This document shows, piece after piece, positions 38,613-41,328 of a stretch of 41,328 nt of DNA (position 1 is its first letter; each line of letters begins with the position of its first letter). This DNA comes from Eubacteriales bacterium. Its GTDB lineage: Bacteria; Bacillota; Clostridia; Oscillospirales; SIG627. The stretch covers positions 1 to 41,328 of the forward strand of contig JAZNRO010000129.1 of NCBI GenBank assembly GCA_045590715.1, written 5' to 3'. The translations under genes and the position numbers were made by a program. The notes beneath the pieces are model-generated. The model was not told the origin of the DNA and searched no databases. It saw only the letters and a list, made by a program, of their open reading frames with translations.

Positions 38613-39665
38613 CTATCTTTTTTCTTTTTCCAGTATTTTTTTCGTAAAGGCTTTAAAAGCAGTGGGCAGGGCAAAGCTTTCCCGGATCTCTTTTGGCGTT
38701 ACCCAGGAAAAGCCTTCTTTTTCCTTTTCACATTCTACAAAAAAGCCCTCCATGTGCCACTCCAGATGGGTGAAAATATGCTTTCCTTTGCCGAAGGGGA
38801 CAATGCTTATTGGCTTTAAGCCCTCTTTTTCCAAAAGGGCAAGGGCGTCTTTTTTGGAAAGGCGTTCTGCCTTGTTGTAGTACTCCCACATACCTGCTAG
38901 AAGGCCGCTTTCCTCTCTCTTTTTCAGGGCGATCTTGCCGCCGGAGGAAAGAATAAAGACGGTCATAGGAACGATCTTCCGCTCCTTTTTGGGGCTTTTT
39001 ACGGGGATCACGTCCGTTTTATTCTCTTTTCTGGCACGGCAAATTTCTTTTAAAGGGCAGACGGTGCAAAGAGGCGCACCTACGGGGATGCAGATCCGCT
39101 CGCCGATCTCCATAATGCCTTCCGTTAGGTCCCCGGCTTCTTTTCCCTCCGGGTAAATTTCCTTTAAAGCCAGGGAGAGTTTCTTCTTGGTCTGGGGCAG
39201 GGCAATGTCGCTTTCATCTGCCAGGACTCTCGTCAGTACCCGCATTACGTTTCCGTCCACTGCCGGGGCTTTTTTTCCAAAGGCAATGGAGGCAATGGCG
39301 CCGGCGGTGTATTTGCCGATTCCGGGTAGCTTTATCAAATCTTCCGCTTCTTCCGGAATCTTCCCGTCAAAGCGCTCTAAAATTATTTCCGCCGCTTTTT
39401 TCAGATTCCTGGCTCGGGCGTAATACCCAAGGCCTTCCCAAAGCTTTAACAGTTTTTCTTCCGGGCAGGCGGCAAGAGCCGAAATATCGGGCAGATTTTC
39501 CAAAAAACGATGATAATAGGGGATCACCGCTTCGATTCTGGTCTGCTGGAGCATGATCTCCGAGATCCAGATGCGATAAGGGTCCCGTCCTTCCCGCCAG
39601 GGAAGAAGGCGACCTTCTTTTTGAAAGTATTCAACAACTTTTTTTGCGAATTCTTTCTTTATCAT
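38613..39665 (-). CDS. mutY: A/G-specific adenine glycosylase MutY
   Basis: LPWR...WISEIMLQQT, WEGLGYY, LPGIGKYTA, VDGNV, CIPVGAPLCTVCPLKEIC Fe-S motif, HIFTHLEW. Confidence 0.97.
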   Translation of the reverse strand: MIKKEFAKKVVEYFQKEGRLLPWREGRDPYRIWISEIMLQQTRIEAVIPYYHRFLENLPDISALAACPEEKLLKLWEGLGYYARARNLKKAAEIILERFDGKIPEEAEDLIKLPGIGKYTAGAIASIAFGKKAPAVDGNVMRVLTRVLADESDIALPQTKKKLSLALKEIYPEGKEAGDLTEGIMEIGERICIPVGAPLCTVCPLKEICRARKENKTDVIPVKSPKKERKIVPMTVFILSSGGKIALKKREESGLLAGMWEYYNKAERLSKKDALALLEKEGLKPISIVPFGKGKHIFTHLEWHMEGFFVECEKEKEGFSWVTPKEIRESFALPTAFKAFTKKILEKEKR

Positions 39666-39829
39666 AATGCCCTCTCCTATTTTTTTCTTCTCTTATCATA
39701 TCAAAAAAATAAGGCTTTTTCAAGCAGGTTTTTCTTGGAAAAAGGGGTAAAAAGACTTTTCGTAATTGCGGAGAAAATAAAATAAAACTCCCAAAGCTAC
39801 TTGCTTCGGGAGGTTTCGTTCTGCTTTTT

Positions 39830-39933
39830 ATGAAATCTGCGGCAAAGCCGAAGATGAAATGAAATCCACCCACTGCCGCAGCGATTTCATCATCGCAGAT
39901 GATTTCACCCGCCCGCAGGGTGGATTTCGTTGA
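39830..39933 (-). repeat. Multi-hairpin palindromic element, copy 2
   Basis: Same GAAATC/GATTTC grammar; enclosing helix GAAATCCACCC/GGGTGGATTTC; begins CAACGAAATCC right after the tRNA terminator. Confidence 0.8.
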
Positions 39934-39960
39934 AAAAAGCACGCCGAAGCGTGCTTTTTT
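39933..39960 (-). terminator. Terminator after tRNA-Leu(CAA)
   Basis: AAAAAAGCACGC-ttcg-GCGTGCTTTTTT on minus strand. Confidence 0.9.
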
Positions 39961-39961
39961 C

Positions 39962-40048
39962 TGGTGCCGGAAGCGGGGGTCGAACCCGCACGGTATCGCT
40001 ACCACTGGATTTTGAGTCCAGCACGTCTGCCAATTCCATCATTCCGGC
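39962..40048 (-). tRNA. tRNA-Leu(CAA)
   Basis: 87 nt GCCGGAA...CTGGA-CTCAAAA-TCCAG...GTTCGACCC...TTCCGGCACCA. Confidence 0.97.
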
Positions 40049-40057
40049 GCAAGTGGT

Positions 40058-40086
40058 ATTGTAACACAGAAAAAGAAGAAAATCAA
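40058..40086 (-). promoter_or_regulatory. sigmaA promoter of tRNA-Leu(CAA)
   Basis: TTGATT-N17-TACAAT with TG extended -10. Confidence 0.65.
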
Positions 40087-40213
40087 CTGTTTTTCAAAAG
40101 TTTTTCGCCTTCGCTTTGAAAGGGAGAAGAAATAAGAGGGATCTTTTTCTTTTTGCCTTGTATTTTCTTTTATCTTATGTTATAAAAAAGAAAAAATGAA
40201 AAGGTAAAAATAT

Positions 40214-40387
40214 ATGGAAGCAAAAGACTACAAGGTTTTAAGAATCGAAGGGGAATACGCGATTTTGCGGGATGAATCCGGACTTTGCAAAGAGGATCTT
40301 TTCATCGCCCTGGCCCTTCTTCCTTTTGGGGTGGATGAGGGCAAAAGGGTGCATTTTGAAAACTTTGAATACACCTTAATTTCCTAG
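40214..40387 (+). CDS. Small hypothetical protein, 57 aa (DUF3006-like pattern; not in ORF track)
   Basis: MEAKDYKVLRIEGEYAILRDESGLCKEDLFIALALLPFGVDEGKRVHFENFEYTLIS; RBS AAAGGT. Confidence 0.75.
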   Translation: MEAKDYKVLRIEGEYAILRDESGLCKEDLFIALALLPFGVDEGKRVHFENFEYTLIS

Positions 40388-40460
40388 GTTTTCCGGAAAA
40401 ACAGAATATTTTTTTCGTTTTTTCATACACTTTTAAAAAAGCACTTTTTGAGGTGAATCT

Positions 40461-40988
40461 ATGACGAAACGAAATATTTCCTTGTGGCAATTCGTAGGCT
40501 TTTCTTTGGTGTCGCTTTTTGGCACTCTCCTTCATTTTCTTTATGATTTTTCGGGGGAGAAGTGGTGGGCGGCACTTTTTTCCGGGGTCAATGAATCTAC
40601 CTGGGAGCATATGAAACTTTTGTTTTTCCCTTTGTTTTTCTTCGCTGTTTTTGAGTACTTTTTCTTTCGAGATCAAAAGGATTTTTGGTGCATTAAGCTT
40701 CGGGGAACCCTTCTGGGACTTACTTTAATCCCGGTGGTCTTTTATACCTACCGGGGCCTTTTGGGAAAGAATGTGGACTGGTTTAATATCCTTATTTTTT
40801 TCCTTTCCGCCGCCGCTGTTTTTCTTTATGAAACCCGGGCTTTTAAAAAAGAAAAAGACAAGCCTTGCCCGGCTCGTCTTTCCTTTATTCTTCTATGCGT
40901 GATTATGGTTTTATTTTTTATCTTTACTTTTCGTACTCCGGAGATCGGTCTGTTTTTAGACCCGATTACCGGCACTTACGGCATCTGA
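40461..40988 (+). CDS. Membrane protein, DUF6512-like
   Basis: GTLLHFLY...VNESTWEHMKL motif, several TM; RBS GAGGTG. Confidence 0.75.
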   Translation: MTKRNISLWQFVGFSLVSLFGTLLHFLYDFSGEKWWAALFSGVNESTWEHMKLLFFPLFFFAVFEYFFFRDQKDFWCIKLRGTLLGLTLIPVVFYTYRGLLGKNVDWFNILIFFLSAAAVFLYETRAFKKEKDKPCPARLSFILLCVIMVLFFIFTFRTPEIGLFLDPITGTYGI

Positions 40989-40989
40989 T

Positions 40990-41328
40990 TTATTTCTTCG
41001 TTAAGGTATCAAAAAGGGCACTGCATCCTTCTACCACGTCTTGATAGGTGGTTTCAAAATCCCCGGTGTACCAGGGGTCGGAAATGTCCCGGTCAGATCC
41101 GGCAAAGGAGAGAAGGGAGTGTACCTTGTGTCCGTTTTCTCCGATGAAGGGGCCAAGATTTCTTCGGTTAAACCTGTCCATTACGATGATAAGATCGGCC
41201 GCGTTACATTCTTCTTTTGTGATCTGCTGGGCTCTTTTTCCCTTGTAGGAGATCAAAAGGCGGTCCAGGATCCGGGCGGTGCCGGGGTGCACGGGATTTC
41301 CCAGTTCTTCCGTACTGGTAGCACGGGA
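40990..41328 (-). CDS. Low molecular weight protein-tyrosine phosphatase, 5' truncated by window edge
   Basis: EELGNPVHPG...ADLIIVMD...DISDPWYTGDF; frame open to the window end. Confidence 0.92.
   Translation of the reverse strand, partial: SRATSTEELGNPVHPGTARILDRLLISYKGKRAQQITKEECNAADLIIVMDRFNRRNLGPFIGENGHKVHSLLSFAGSDRDISDPWYTGDFETTYQDVVEGCSALFDTLTKK

Noticed and set aside
37355-40048. tRNA-integrated prophage or genomic island
   Set aside because: No integrase, no duplicated tRNA 3' end seen, and mutY is a housekeeping gene.

Overview
Core-genome window from a Bacillota/Clostridia-type bacterium (inferred from gene order, rpsD inside the alpha operon, sigmaA promoters, cdaA-cdaR and dacF). 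1-14.4 kb holds the S10-spc-alpha ribosomal protein superoperon (end of rplC through rplQ, with secY, adk, map, infA, rpoA). Next come pgk-tpiA, a membrane hypothetical, tRNA-Thr(CGT), a CadC/CadA/GNAT metal-efflux operon, a DacF-like carboxypeptidase, a polar amino acid ABC transporter and two Thr-rich lipoproteins. On the minus strand lies rpmG-secE-nusG-rplKA-rplJL with its RNA leaders. A tightly packed rimM-trmD-3 membrane ORFs-htpG-cdaA-cdaR run follows, then two convergent tRNA-Leu genes enclosing an AAC(3)-family acetyltransferase and mutY, and finally small ORFs and a partial LMW-PTP. I saw no transposase, integrase, phage gene or CRISPR array. The most unusual feature is a pair of related non-coding elements, one directly behind each tRNA-Leu terminator: arrays of ATC..GAT hairpins joined by GAA in one half and TTC in the other. 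Other points of interest are an SD-led minigene/hairpin in frame with rplX, a NusG with a degenerate KOW motif, unannotated small ORFs and a PGK insertion. Family assignments are from motif recognition only; no searches were run.
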